A stretch of DNA of 64,000 nt from Chloroflexota bacterium. Its GTDB lineage: Bacteria; Chloroflexota; UBA5177. The first letter of the stretch is position 1; each line of letters starts with the position of its first letter. The stretch spans positions 3,674 to 67,673 of the forward strand of contig DAIORV010000003.1 in the NCBI GenBank assembly GCA_036752825.1, written 5' to 3'. Of this stretch, positions 1 to 9,920 are shown in pieces. Position numbers and translations under genes: made by a program. The notes below the pieces were generated by a model. That model was not told the origin of the DNA, ran no database searches, and saw nothing but the letters and a program-made list of their open reading frames with translations.

Positions 1-452
1 GGCTGGTACCTGGCTATGAGGCTCCGATTAACCTGGTGTATTCGCAGCGGAACCGCAGCGCGTGCATCCGGATCCCCACGTACTCAGACAGCCCACGGGC
101 TCGGCGAATCGAGTTCCGCCCGCCCGACCCGTCGGCCAATCCGTACCTTGCTTTCTCGGCAATGTTGATGGCGGGGCTCGACGGAATCAGCAAGCGAATA
201 GAGCCTCCGGCTCCGATCGAGGCGGATCTGTACGAGCTGGATGAGGGAGAGCGAGCGGGCATCAAGAGCACTCCCGGAAGCCTGGGAGAGGTGCTCGATT
301 CGCTTCAGCGCGATCACGATTTCCTGCTCGAGGGCGGAGTCTTTACAGAGGATTTGCTCGACACCTGGATCGAGTACAAGCGAGAGCGAGAGCTGGATCC
401 GGTGCAGCTAAGGCCGCACCCCTACGAGTTCTTCCTCTATCACGACGTGTAG
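1..452 (+). CDS. glnA: Glutamine synthetase type I, C-terminal part (5' truncated by window)
   Basis: Frame is open from base 3: [25 protein letters not shown]...[28 protein letters not shown]...DLYEL...[12 protein letters not shown], all typical GSI motifs. Confidence 0.97.
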   Translation, partial: LVPGYEAPINLVYSQRNRSACIRIPTYSDSPRARRIEFRPPDPSANPYLAFSAMLMAGLDGISKRIEPPAPIEADLYELDEGERAGIKSTPGSLGEVLDSLQRDHDFLLEGGVFTEDLLDTWIEYKRERELDPVQLRPHPYEFFLYHDV

Positions 453-461
453 GCGCAGCAC

Positions 462-492
462 GAAGGGAGCCCGCAAAGAGCGGGCTCCCTTC
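462..492 (+). terminator. Stem-loop after glnA (13-bp stem GAAGGGAGCCCGC/GCGGGCTCCCTTC, loop AAAGA)
   Basis: Perfect inverted repeat 9 nt after the glnA stop. No U-tract, so termination strength is uncertain. Confidence 0.65.
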
Positions 493-518
493 ACGTATCG
501 GCATGCAACCTGCTATGG

Positions 519-1400
519 ATGAACGTGTCGATGGAAGAGCTGCCGTTCCTCGAGAAGCCGGTTCTCCCGCGTCTACGCCGGCCTGTTCTCGTGGCGGCCT
601 TCGCGGGCTGGAACGACGCCGCTCAGGCAGCGACGTTTGCCGTGGAGACGCTGCTTCGTCTGCTTGGGACTACCAAGCTGGCGGAGGTCGATCCCGAGGA
701 GTTCTACGACTTCACGGAGGCGCGTCCGATCATCACCCTGACGGAGCAAAAACGTTCCATCACGTGGCCGCAGAACCGGTTTTTCGCGCACCGCCTACCT
801 GCCGCCGAGCGGGATTTGGTCCTGTTTCTGGGCGTTGAACCCCAGCTCAGGTGGAGAACCTACTGCCGTATCTTCACCACACTGGCAGATGAGCTTGACG
901 TCTCGCAGCTCATCTCGCTCGGAGCGTTGCTCGCCGAAGTTCCGCATACCATCGAACCCAAACTGACCGGCTTTGCAGCGGGGACTGAGAACATACCAAA
1001 CCTCGAGATTTTGGGTGTGGAGATGTCGTCTTACGAGGGCCCGACCGGTGTCATAGGTGCGCTCCACGACGCCTGGCTGGCCACCGGGCGGCCGGCGGTG
1101 AGCTTGTGGGGTAACGTGCCTCACTACATATCGGCCACCCCCAACCCCGGTGTGTCCCTGGCGCTGCTGCAGCGGCTCGCGGTCCTGCTCGGAGTTGACC
1201 TTCCTCTCGAAGCGCTGCAGCTACGGGCCAGCGCGTTTCGAACGCAGATCGACGAGGCGCTGCAGGAGAATCCTGAGGCGCGGGAGTACGTGGAGCAGCT
1301 GGAAGCGGGATATGGAACCGAAGCGCCCCCGCCCGCGGGGCCGGAGCTGATCGACGAGCTCGAGCGGTATCTGCGAGGTCGGAGGCCGCCGGAAGGCTAG
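519..1400 (+). CDS. PAC2 (proteasome assembly chaperone-like) family protein
   Basis: LVAAFAGWNDAAQAA, DPEEFYDFTEARP, EPQLRWR, LGALLAEVPHT, YEGPTGVIG, LWGNVPHY. Confidence 0.9.
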   Translation: MNVSMEELPFLEKPVLPRLRRPVLVAAFAGWNDAAQAATFAVETLLRLLGTTKLAEVDPEEFYDFTEARPIITLTEQKRSITWPQNRFFAHRLPAAERDLVLFLGVEPQLRWRTYCRIFTTLADELDVSQLISLGALLAEVPHTIEPKLTGFAAGTENIPNLEILGVEMSSYEGPTGVIGALHDAWLATGRPAVSLWGNVPHYISATPNPGVSLALLQRLAVLLGVDLPLEALQLRASAFRTQIDEALQENPEAREYVEQLEAGYGTEAPPPAGPELIDELERYLRGRRPPEG

Positions 1401-2971
1401 GGCGACGTCGCGTTCAGGGTCCGTTGCTGGAGTGCCGTGACTAGCGGCACCAGGCTGTTTCGCAAGTGGTTCTGCCTGGCAAGATCGTGCTTAGTCCGCG
1501 ACGCAAGAGCGTCTGCGAGCACGATGCCGTCCGTTCTTCCCGGTGGGCTCCCGAGAAGTCTCTCCACAGTGGGCGCAATGTCGACGAGTCGAGCAGGATA
1601 GCTGGAGACGTAGCCCTGCCGAACGCCGGGACCGGCAATGATCAATGGAATGTGCTGCTCGTCCCAGCCGGGTCCGAGGTGGCCTCCCCACCAGTGGTAC
1701 CCGTTCGCAATGCGGTCGCCGGTCGTCACGTGCGGGGCATAGACCGCCAGGACGTCAGCCCCTGACGGGGAGGCGTCGGTATTCGCTAGGGACAGGTATG
1801 CACGGCGCATGTAGACCGTGAGCGCCTTGCTGGTATATGCAGCACGGTAGGTCCAAGAACCATGAGCGAAGACCTTGTAATAAACCGCGTCGATCTCTGG
1901 ACTGTCCAGCCGTGCGATGTTGCGCGCGACGGCTGCGGCACGACTTACGACCTGCACGCCCATGCTGGCGCCTGTGTCGGCCTCGAGATAGACCTTGCCG
2001 GCGTGTGCCAGCGCCATGGCTTCGTCCAGAGCGGTGAAGGAGAGCCGGTCACGGATGAAGGACATCCCGTGGTCGGCGGTAATCACGAAATCCGTCCGGC
2101 TGAGCAACCCCGCCTTGCGGTAATCGTCCATGATCCACCCGAGCTCGCGGTCGAAATGCTGCATCAGGACGCGCTGCACCTTTCCGGGACGCTTGCTGAA
2201 GTGACCGGTCACGTCGGTTTCCGGAAGGTTCATCATCACGGCTCGCGGGTAGTGCACTGTCTTGAAGGCCCAGAGCGCGTATCTGACGGTCCAGTCGTTC
2301 TCCTCCCCGACGTTCCACTGCTGGACCGCCGCGCCGAAGCTAGACGTTGGAGGCGGTATCGGTACGTCCCACCGGGGATTGTTGATGGCGCCGGGGGGAG
2401 GAAGGTGACCCGGGATCGCTTGAGCTACCCAGCGGCCGTGGTAGATGTTCGCGCACAGGATATAGTCAGCCGCCCCGGTTCCCATCACATCGGCCGCGTA
2501 ACACTTGTGTCCGCTAATGGCGACGACGCGGGCGGATGGATCCTGGCCTTTGAGGGACGACGCGATCGAAGAGACGTTGTGCTGGCGGAGGATTCGCTCC
2601 AGGTCTCCGTGCTGAACCTGCGCTATATCGGTGGGCCGGGTCATCTTTCCGGTGCTTGGATCTTTCCACCAAAAGCCTTCGATGCCGTGATGCTTTGGGA
2701 AGAGGCCGGTGCCAATCGTGGCGTGGGAGGGCGGGGTATTCGCGATCTCTTGCCCCACAAAGGCTCGCGAGAAACTCGTGCCCCGCCGCTCCAGGGACTT
2801 CAAATTGGGCATGGAGGCGAGGTTGAAGTAGTCGGGTCTGGAACCGTCAAGAACGATGAGTACCAGGTACCGGGGACCGGGCGCGGCGCGAGCATCCATT
2901 CGGGTGCCGGCTGGGAACACCTGCGATGCCAAGAAAAGGATCGCGGCGGCGGCAGCGAAGAGTTTTTGCAC
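1397..2971 (-). CDS. Exported alkaline phosphatase superfamily (nucleotide pyrophosphatase/phosphodiesterase-like) protein
   Basis: GTG start at 2971 overlaps the upstream TAG. Signal-peptide-like N-terminus VQKLFAAAAAILFLASQVFPA. Motifs LDG, NTPPSH (Thr nucleophile), ETDVTGH, TADHG, GGHLG. Confidence 0.85.
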   Translation of the reverse strand: MQKLFAAAAAILFLASQVFPAGTRMDARAAPGPRYLVLIVLDGSRPDYFNLASMPNLKSLERRGTSFSRAFVGQEIANTPPSHATIGTGLFPKHHGIEGFWWKDPSTGKMTRPTDIAQVQHGDLERILRQHNVSSIASSLKGQDPSARVVAISGHKCYAADVMGTGAADYILCANIYHGRWVAQAIPGHLPPPGAINNPRWDVPIPPPTSSFGAAVQQWNVGEENDWTVRYALWAFKTVHYPRAVMMNLPETDVTGHFSKRPGKVQRVLMQHFDRELGWIMDDYRKAGLLSRTDFVITADHGMSFIRDRLSFTALDEAMALAHAGKVYLEADTGASMGVQVVSRAAAVARNIARLDSPEIDAVYYKVFAHGSWTYRAAYTSKALTVYMRRAYLSLANTDASPSGADVLAVYAPHVTTGDRIANGYHWWGGHLGPGWDEQHIPLIIAGPGVRQGYVSSYPARLVDIAPTVERLLGSPPGRTDGIVLADALASRTKHDLARQNHLRNSLVPLVTALQQRTLNATSP

Positions 2972-4674
2972 TAGGCAGGGCGCTTCGCGGGATACAGCGC
3001 GTTGTGAGCCGCACCCAGAGTCGAGAAACACACCGGAGGTTTCAGGTTCGGCGAGTGCCCTTGCGAGGTCACTTTGTACACGGCAACGTCGTGGGTGGGG
3101 TAGCGCCAGTCGTGTGGACTGGCATCGATCGGAAATTGCCAGCCGAGGATCGAGGGCGTGTAGTGGACGCTGAGAGCAAGCGTGAAGGCTCGGTCGCTGG
3201 CCAGCGCGGATCGAAATTGCGCGACTTGCCGATCGGAAAAGCGCGGATGCTCCTCGAGGTCGTAGCTGTCGGTCAACAGATACGTCTCGGGACCCTGTAA
3301 GCGACGCGGATCGAATTGCGTAAAACACGGCTCAAAGGTGTGTGGCGGTCCGAAGTAGGGGAGGTTTATCAGGCCGTTGGGCAGCTGCTCGTACGCGACG
3401 GCCGTATTGACGGGGGCCCGTTGCGCCAGCCAGCTCGTGGCAACGTAGCGTGGATCCGGCTTCGCGAAGAGGCCGACGTACGCAAGGTCGTAGGTAAGGC
3501 TGTATAAGAGAGCTGCGAATGCGACGGCTATTGCGCCGAGGCGAATGGGACGGCTGGGCATGGCAAGCATGTCTGAAGCGAACCTTCCGGCGAGGACGGC
3601 CAGCGCGGGCAGCAGAGGCGCACTATATCGCATGAATTTCGCGGGTGAGATCGAAACAAGCACGAAATAGGCGACTATCCAGCAGAGAAGAACCACGTCC
3701 GCTTTTTCGCGCCGAATCCCAGCCCATATGGCTCCCGCGACCATCCAGATGGCGAGGGGAAAGCCCACCCCGTAGCCCAGGGGGTAGCGAATGACGTAGG
3801 CCCAGGCGGGGCCGTACGCGGACCAACGAGTCCCGTACTGCGCACTGCTGTCTACGGTCCGAATTCGGAGCGTGTGCTGCATGGCCGCGAGCCAGGCGTT
3901 GAAGTCGACGACGGAATAGATGTTGAAGATGAGATAGCCGAGTAGGGCCGATACGGCGGCGACTGCAAGGTAGAGAGCGGTTTTGCGCTGCGAGAGCGCC
4001 CACGCGGCCGCGATAGGCACGAGCAACAGAGCCATGTGATACTCAGAGCCGACTGCCACACCGCAAAGCCCGCCCGCGAGCGCGAACGACCGACGAGAAG
4101 GCCGATCCATGGCGTGAAGTGCCGCTAGCAGCGCCAAGGAGACAAGCAGGCCAGTCGTGCTATCCGGGGTGCCGAAGTGTCCCAGCTGGATGAGCAAACA
4201 GGATAGAGCGGCACAGCCGGCGGCTAGTAATGCCGAGGTTAGTCCGAAATATCGAAGGGCAGTCCGATACACGACATAAACGGTCAGGGTGGAGACGAGG
4301 GCCGAGAGAAGGCGCGCGGCTAGCACGGTGCGCACGAACGTCATATCCGCGTGTGCGCCGAACGCACTGCTTGCGAATAGCGAGAACAGCGGCATGGTGA
4401 GGAGGTGAAGACCGTAGGCCAGGTACGGGAAGACCATCCCCCAGTCAAAAAAGCACTGGCTACCGCCGACCGGGCACGGGGAGGCCGAGTGATAGGTGTC
4501 GAACCAGCGGAAGAGCCAGTACACCGTCCATTCGTCGGGGTGAGGACGGCTGGAGACCGTCGCATCCTGAAGGCCCCAGGCAATGCCGTAGAGGCGAAGG
4601 CCCAAAGCAAGCACCAGTACTGCAAGAAGCAGGGGGAGACGCCATCGCGCGAGGTCGCCCCGTGGAGCGATCAC
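2971..4674 (-). CDS. GT-C fold membrane glycosyltransferase (ArnT/PMT, family 39-like)
   Basis: Polytopic hydrophobic protein with an acidic HPDE motif in the first loop, plus ARLLSAL, HFGTPD and RYSAPLLP. Confidence 0.8.
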   Translation of the reverse strand: MIAPRGDLARWRLPLLLAVLVLALGLRLYGIAWGLQDATVSSRPHPDEWTVYWLFRWFDTYHSASPCPVGGSQCFFDWGMVFPYLAYGLHLLTMPLFSLFASSAFGAHADMTFVRTVLAARLLSALVSTLTVYVVYRTALRYFGLTSALLAAGCAALSCLLIQLGHFGTPDSTTGLLVSLALLAALHAMDRPSRRSFALAGGLCGVAVGSEYHMALLLVPIAAAWALSQRKTALYLAVAAVSALLGYLIFNIYSVVDFNAWLAAMQHTLRIRTVDSSAQYGTRWSAYGPAWAYVIRYPLGYGVGFPLAIWMVAGAIWAGIRREKADVVLLCWIVAYFVLVSISPAKFMRYSAPLLPALAVLAGRFASDMLAMPSRPIRLGAIAVAFAALLYSLTYDLAYVGLFAKPDPRYVATSWLAQRAPVNTAVAYEQLPNGLINLPYFGPPHTFEPCFTQFDPRRLQGPETYLLTDSYDLEEHPRFSDRQVAQFRSALASDRAFTLALSVHYTPSILGWQFPIDASPHDWRYPTHDVAVYKVTSQGHSPNLKPPVCFSTLGAAHNALYPAKRPA

Positions 4675-4680
4675 GTGTAT

Positions 4681-6219
4681 TTACAGGCCCCGGGAGAGTA
4701 CGGCGCGGCCCTCCGCCACAATCGTCCTGTCAAGAAGGTAGAGGCAGCCAAGATACACGACGGCGGCGAGGAGGAGGCACGCGATGAGCGTGGGCAGGTC
4801 CCCGAGATGAAGGAATCCGAGCATGGCCGCCTCGAGCGCGATGGCGGCTGCCGACATCGCAAAAGTCGAGAGGAGCGGAACTCTGGCCGCGCGCCAGACC
4901 TGTAATGGCGAAACGTCCAGGACCCAGTCGGCGAGATACAAAGCAGCCGGAAGCTCGATGATTTGCACGGGAATGTAAACGCTGGCGAGTCCGACGATCC
5001 CGTAATGGGCTCCAAACGCCATGGCGGGAATCATGACAGCGAGCTTTATCCCGTTATAGATCGGCACGATCCAGGGCTTTCCGATGGACTTGTAGGCCTC
5101 GAAGAATATTGAGAGCATGGTTCGGTTGCCTGCATACACGGCCAGCAACGACAGCACGATAAACGAGCCTCGGTACTGCGTCCATTTGTCCCCAAGGAGT
5201 GGAACGATGATAACGGGGGCGACGGAGGCTAGCAGAGCCGCCGCAGGGAACATCACGAGACCCAGTTGACGAATCGACTTAACGAGAGTGCGCCGAAGCG
5301 CCTCAATGTCGTCCTGGAGCCGGCTGAGCGCCGGGAATACCATACTGCTTGCGACCAACGTGAAGACACTGGCGGCGATAAAAGCCAGCTTCCAGGAGGT
5401 CGAGTAGAAGCCCATGTTGCTCGTGCTCTTGATGAAATGGGGACCGACGACGAGATCAATGTTCTGCGAGAGAAAGAGCACGGTTAGGCCGAGCCCCACC
5501 CACGCTCCGTAGCGGAAGAGCTGCCACGCGATCCGCGGAACGAACTCGAGTTTGGGCCGGTACGGGTAGACGGCCCAGAGGAGAATGGTGCCGGCGACGA
5601 CCGAGCCGAGCTCGCGTGCGACGAGTGCTCCGACGCCAAAGCCCCAGATAGCAAAAACCACGGCCAGGTCGCCGGCTACGATGACCTGCCCCAGAGGCGG
5701 GATAGACCGCGCCCTGAAGTCCATGTCTCGGAGCAGCAGATAGAAGTGCACTGAACCGGCCGAGGCGAAGATGTAGGCAATCGCGAGAATGCGCACCACG
5801 CCCTCTACTTCGGGCCGGTGGTAATAGAGCGCGGCAGGATGCGCGATCAGCTCGAGGACCAGTGTGACCACCACGGCGAAGAGCATGTTCAAGCTCCACG
5901 CGGTGTTCGCCACCTGCCGGCTGACCTGGCGCTCGAAGACCAGGGCCGGCCCGGTCCCGAAGTTCCTGAAGTTGTCCAGGAACTTGTAGGGCACACTGGA
6001 AATGTCAAATAGGCCCGCGGCACCGGGGCCCAGGAAGCGGCGGAGGCCTATGGTGAATATGGGGCCGAGTGCTTTAGGAGTGGCGAGCGCAAAGAGAACC
6101 CAGAACGCTCCTTCGCGTCCGGGCAATCTGTCGAGGATCCGTGCTGGGATCGCACGATATCCGGTCAGCTGGACCGGTTGCCCGACCATCTCGAGCGCTG
6201 GCTGTGGCTCTGCCGACAT
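4681..6219 (-). CDS. Oligosaccharide flippase (Wzx/MOP superfamily)
   Basis: About 12-14 hydrophobic segments, GFGVGALV, QNIDLVVG...MGFYSTSWKL, VFPALSRLQDD. RBS AAAGGA before the ATG. Confidence 0.88.
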   Translation of the reverse strand: MSAEPQPALEMVGQPVQLTGYRAIPARILDRLPGREGAFWVLFALATPKALGPIFTIGLRRFLGPGAAGLFDISSVPYKFLDNFRNFGTGPALVFERQVSRQVANTAWSLNMLFAVVVTLVLELIAHPAALYYHRPEVEGVVRILAIAYIFASAGSVHFYLLLRDMDFRARSIPPLGQVIVAGDLAVVFAIWGFGVGALVARELGSVVAGTILLWAVYPYRPKLEFVPRIAWQLFRYGAWVGLGLTVLFLSQNIDLVVGPHFIKSTSNMGFYSTSWKLAFIAASVFTLVASSMVFPALSRLQDDIEALRRTLVKSIRQLGLVMFPAAALLASVAPVIIVPLLGDKWTQYRGSFIVLSLLAVYAGNRTMLSIFFEAYKSIGKPWIVPIYNGIKLAVMIPAMAFGAHYGIVGLASVYIPVQIIELPAALYLADWVLDVSPLQVWRAARVPLLSTFAMSAAAIALEAAMLGFLHLGDLPTLIACLLLAAVVYLGCLYLLDRTIVAEGRAVLSRGL

Positions 6220-6282
6220 GGAGTCCTTTCCGCTTCCAACAATGATAGTAAAAGATGCTCAGGTCGAAGGCCGGGTCACGTA

Positions 6283-7089
6283 GTGGTTCAACGAAATGTA
6301 AGAGAGGCCGGTGCGGCGTCTTGGCGCGCAACGCACGGCATATCTTCGGGCGAGATGTTCGGCGTGCGCATCGATCTCTTTCGGCTTCCACAGGTGCTCG
6401 AGATGGTGCGGGAGGCCATCGGATCTGCGTCGCGAATTACGGTCTTCTACGTCAATATCTATTGCATGAACCTTTCGCGGCGACACCCCGATTTCCGCGA
6501 GACACTGAACCACGGTGACATGGTGTACTGCGATGGCACCGGCGTGCGCCTGGGCGCGAGGCTCCTGGGAATAGACATCCCGCAGAGAATGACCGGCGCA
6601 GACTGGATACACGATTTGTGCCGTCTCGCCGTCCGAGATGGTCTCTCGCTCTTCTTTCTCGGTTCTGCCGCTGGAGTTGCAGAAGAGGCGGCAAGCGCGC
6701 TTCGCGTCCGCTATCCGGGGATACGTGTCGTCGGCTGTGAGGCGGGGTTCGAGATCGGCACGGAGACCATCTCGACGATCAATTCAAGTGGCGCCGACAT
6801 CCTTCTGGTCGGAATGGGATCCCCACGTCAGGAGCGGTTCATCGCGACGAACAGGTCCGACATCAATGTGCCGGTAATGTGGGCGGTTGGAGCGTTATTC
6901 GAGTTCGTGTCGGGACGAATTCCACGCGGCCCTCACTGGATGACGGAGCACGGGCTGGAGTGGGTGTGCCGGCTGGCAACGGAGCCGGCCAAGCTGTGGA
7001 GGCGCTATCTAATTGGGAACCCTGCGTTCATGGCGAGCGTGCTAAGAGAGAGGCTGCGGCGATTCCTATCGCTCTCTAGTCCTTCATAG
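6283..7089 (+). CDS. WecB/TagA/CpsF family glycosyltransferase (start uncertain, GTG 6283 chosen)
   Basis: YVNIY, YCDGTGV, RMTGADW, LFFLGS, LLVGMGSPRQE, VGALFEFVSG, RGPHWM, GLEW-RL-EP-KLWRRY. Confidence 0.92.
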   Translation: MVQRNVREAGAASWRATHGISSGEMFGVRIDLFRLPQVLEMVREAIGSASRITVFYVNIYCMNLSRRHPDFRETLNHGDMVYCDGTGVRLGARLLGIDIPQRMTGADWIHDLCRLAVRDGLSLFFLGSAAGVAEEAASALRVRYPGIRVVGCEAGFEIGTETISTINSSGADILLVGMGSPRQERFIATNRSDINVPVMWAVGALFEFVSGRIPRGPHWMTEHGLEWVCRLATEPAKLWRRYLIGNPAFMASVLRERLRRFLSLSSPS

Positions 7090-8254
7090 CTTCTGCCAGG
7101 ATTGCGGCGACCTCGGGTCGAGTGAACTCCGCGGGCGGGAGATCTCCGGCACGAAGCATTGCTCGAACCTCGGTTCCACTAAGGTTCATGCGATGCTCCG
7201 GCCCATGCGGGCAGGTTTTCTCAGTCGCATGGTTGCCGCAGACCCGGCAATAGAATGCGTTCTCGAAGAACAAAGGCTGAATGCCAAGCTCGCCCGCGGC
7301 GAACTCGGAAAAGATGTGCTGTGCATCGTACGGACCGTAGTAGCCGCCGACTCCCGCGTGGTCGCGACCGACGATGAAGTGGGTACAGCCGTAGTTCTTA
7401 CGTATCAACGCGTGAAAGATTGCCTCACGCGGCCCACCATACCGCATCGCGGCCGGGTTGACGGCGAGCAACACGCGATCCGCGGGGTAGTAATCAGCGA
7501 GCAGGGCTTCGTACGACCGCATTCGCACATCGGCGGGAACGTCATCGGACTTGGTAGCGCCCACGAGCGGGTGCAAGAGCAGGCCATCGACGATCTCCAT
7601 CGCAGCCTTTTGCATGTACTCGTGCGCGCGGTGGACAGGATTGCGCGTCTGAAACCCGACGATCGTGCGCCATTTCCGCTCCGCAAATATTCGCCGGGTC
7701 TCGGCAGGCGGATGATAGTGCTTGGGAAAGGCAGGGGACGGTAGGGGTCCAAACACCCGCACTCGTCCGCCAACGGCGACTTCTCCCTCGGCGTAGAGTG
7801 CCGCGACTCCGGGGTGTGCCTCGTCGGTCGTACGATAGACCTTTTCGGCCTCTCGCTCTTTGTCTCGCTTGAATACTTCAGCTACTTCGAGGACGGCGAA
7901 CGCGCTGCCGTCGAGCGCCAGTGCGATCCTGTCGCCTGCACGCGTGGACTGGGCATTATCCGCTTCAAGGGAAAGCGCGATCGGGATCGTCCAGGGGATT
8001 CCGTTGGCAAGCCGCATCTCGTCCACGACGGAGTCATAGTCGGCACTTCCCATGAAGCCGGTAAGCGGGCTATAGCCACCGATGGCCAGCATTTCGACGT
8101 CGGACGCTTCTCGGGCGTTGAGATTTCGGACCTGCAAGGAGCGAGCTTCCTCCTCGATCTGGCCCGCTTCGCTCTTGGGAAGCTGCAAATTCACGAGTGC
8201 TCCCCCATGGGGTGAGGCGCCGAATTGTTCTCGCTCGATTACAGATGTAGACAC
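7076..8254 (-). CDS. sat: Sulfate adenylyltransferase (ATP sulfurylase), stand-alone type without APS-kinase domain
   Basis: SPHGGALV, GYSPLTGFM, FQTRNPVHRAHE, MRYGGPREAIFHA, NYGCTHFIVGRDHAG, SGTEVR, FTRPEV. Confidence 0.97.
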   Translation of the reverse strand: MSTSVIEREQFGASPHGGALVNLQLPKSEAGQIEEEARSLQVRNLNAREASDVEMLAIGGYSPLTGFMGSADYDSVVDEMRLANGIPWTIPIALSLEADNAQSTRAGDRIALALDGSAFAVLEVAEVFKRDKEREAEKVYRTTDEAHPGVAALYAEGEVAVGGRVRVFGPLPSPAFPKHYHPPAETRRIFAERKWRTIVGFQTRNPVHRAHEYMQKAAMEIVDGLLLHPLVGATKSDDVPADVRMRSYEALLADYYPADRVLLAVNPAAMRYGGPREAIFHALIRKNYGCTHFIVGRDHAGVGGYYGPYDAQHIFSEFAAGELGIQPLFFENAFYCRVCGNHATEKTCPHGPEHRMNLSGTEVRAMLRAGDLPPAEFTRPEVAAILAEAMKD

Positions 8255-8257
8255 GAT

Positions 8258-9889
8258 TTACAGATACCCCCATCCCTTCAACTTTTCTTTGATCTGATTC
8301 TCTTCGTCTTGAGTCAGAAACGACTCCGTCGACTGAGGTGTGAGCACCATATCCAGCTCTTCGACCTCGCGCTCGCTCTCGTTGAATATCTCCGTCAAAA
8401 CCCGGCCATCCATATCGACAGGCACGCCTAGCCCCATGGTGTGCAATATCGTCGGAGTCATGTCGATAAGGCATGCATCGGCGACAGTGGTACCTGCTGT
8501 TATCCCCGGTCCCCTCGCGAGCAAGATTCCCTTCTCATCATGCGACCCTGGAACCTGTCGGAGCTCGTCAAATGGAACATGTCCAACCACCGGGCCTTGC
8601 GCCAGAGGTCCTTCCTTGTACATCTCTTTGCACCAGACAATGATGTCGGGCGAGCGCTCTGTAAATTCGCCCTGAAAGAGCTCCTCGCGCTTGAAGGCGC
8701 GTTCCACGATCTTCTCCCCCGTATGTGGATCGCGGAGCTCCAGCACGTCGCGAATGATGCGGTTACGGAGAGCCTCGTAGTCGTCCGGAGCGACCGTGCC
8801 CAGCTGCTGGCGGCCGCGAACATTTATCACGATGCCGGCCAACGGCGGACACTTCATGGGGAAGTGGTACGCCTGAGTCTGACCAAAGTCAATCTCCTGA
8901 AGCGCTCGCCACATAGTCTTCAACCCACCCTGTGCTCCCTTCGGGAGGTTGCGACGCAGCATTGAGCGGAGCTTGGCCGGCATGACCTTCTGGTTCAGCG
9001 CATAGATTCTTTCGTTGAAGGACTTTGCCTGAGCCTTCGGAGCAAGCAGTCCTTGCTGCGCCAACCACACGTTGAGGTTCAGCTGGCGGGGAGGCGTAAT
9101 ATTGCCGCCGTGGTCCGAAATCACAAAAATCGTGTCGTCTGGACCGAGGCGCTCGAGGGTCTCTCCCAGCGCCTGGTCCATCTTTCGATAGAAGCGATTA
9201 ATGACGTCGCCCCAGCGTCCAGCCGCCTGCGGATCGTAGACCGGCGTGCGCTGGTCCACGAACCCCATGAAGAAGTGGTGAATCTCATCCGAGACCCTGT
9301 GAACCGCCATGAAAAAGTCGTACTGCTTTTCCATCAGACGGTTGATCAGGTTGCTCATTCGCTCCATTTGGTCGTCGAGCGCCTGTACCTGCTGTTCAGT
9401 AGTCAGCAGTCGGAAATCTCCCTGTTCATCCGGAGAGGCCTGGTCACCAAGCTGTTCCCGAAGCTCGGGAGGATAGAACGAGTCAGGTGTGTCTCCCGGC
9501 GTCGGAAAGCCCGAAACCATGAGGCCGTTGACTGGCCACGCTGGAAACGTCATCGGCACTCGAGCGGCGCATACCGTGCCTCCAAGCTTGCCGACGATAT
9601 CGAAAATCGTTTGCTCGGCGAAGTACCGGGAGTTGGCGATGCGACCTACGTATTCGTAGCTAAGGGCGTCGTAGTCCTGGAACATATAGACGCCGTGCTT
9701 TCCGGAATTCTTTCCGGTCATAAAGGTGACCCAGGCGGCTGCGCTTTGAAAGGGCACGGTTGAGATAAGCTCGCCGGAGGCTCCGTCCTTCATCAGAGAC
9801 TCGAAGTTAGGCATCTCCCCACGCTGGACAAGCGGCCGGATGAAGCGCCAGGTGGCTCCATCGAATCCAATGACGTAGACTCGCCTCAA
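8258..9889 (-). CDS. Cytoplasmic alkaline phosphatase superfamily protein (type I phosphodiesterase-like, Ser nucleophile)
   Basis: TTG start with AAAGGAG RBS. Motifs IGFDGATW, STVPFQSAAAWVTFMTG, SDEIHH, ISDHGG, GSHDEKG. No signal peptide. Confidence 0.88.
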   Translation of the reverse strand: MRRVYVIGFDGATWRFIRPLVQRGEMPNFESLMKDGASGELISTVPFQSAAAWVTFMTGKNSGKHGVYMFQDYDALSYEYVGRIANSRYFAEQTIFDIVGKLGGTVCAARVPMTFPAWPVNGLMVSGFPTPGDTPDSFYPPELREQLGDQASPDEQGDFRLLTTEQQVQALDDQMERMSNLINRLMEKQYDFFMAVHRVSDEIHHFFMGFVDQRTPVYDPQAAGRWGDVINRFYRKMDQALGETLERLGPDDTIFVISDHGGNITPPRQLNLNVWLAQQGLLAPKAQAKSFNERIYALNQKVMPAKLRSMLRRNLPKGAQGGLKTMWRALQEIDFGQTQAYHFPMKCPPLAGIVINVRGRQQLGTVAPDDYEALRNRIIRDVLELRDPHTGEKIVERAFKREELFQGEFTERSPDIIVWCKEMYKEGPLAQGPVVGHVPFDELRQVPGSHDEKGILLARGPGITAGTTVADACLIDMTPTILHTMGLGVPVDMDGRVLTEIFNESEREVEELDMVLTPQSTESFLTQDEENQIKEKLKGWGYL

Positions 9890-9920
9890 TCTGGTCTCCT
9901 TTCGCTACGCAGTGCCACGC

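Noticed and set aside
1862-2974. 370-aa plus-strand ORF and many other 100-270 aa overlapping ORFs in the track
   Set aside because: They lie antisense to or frame-shifted within well-supported genes and have Arg/Pro-rich low-information sequence.
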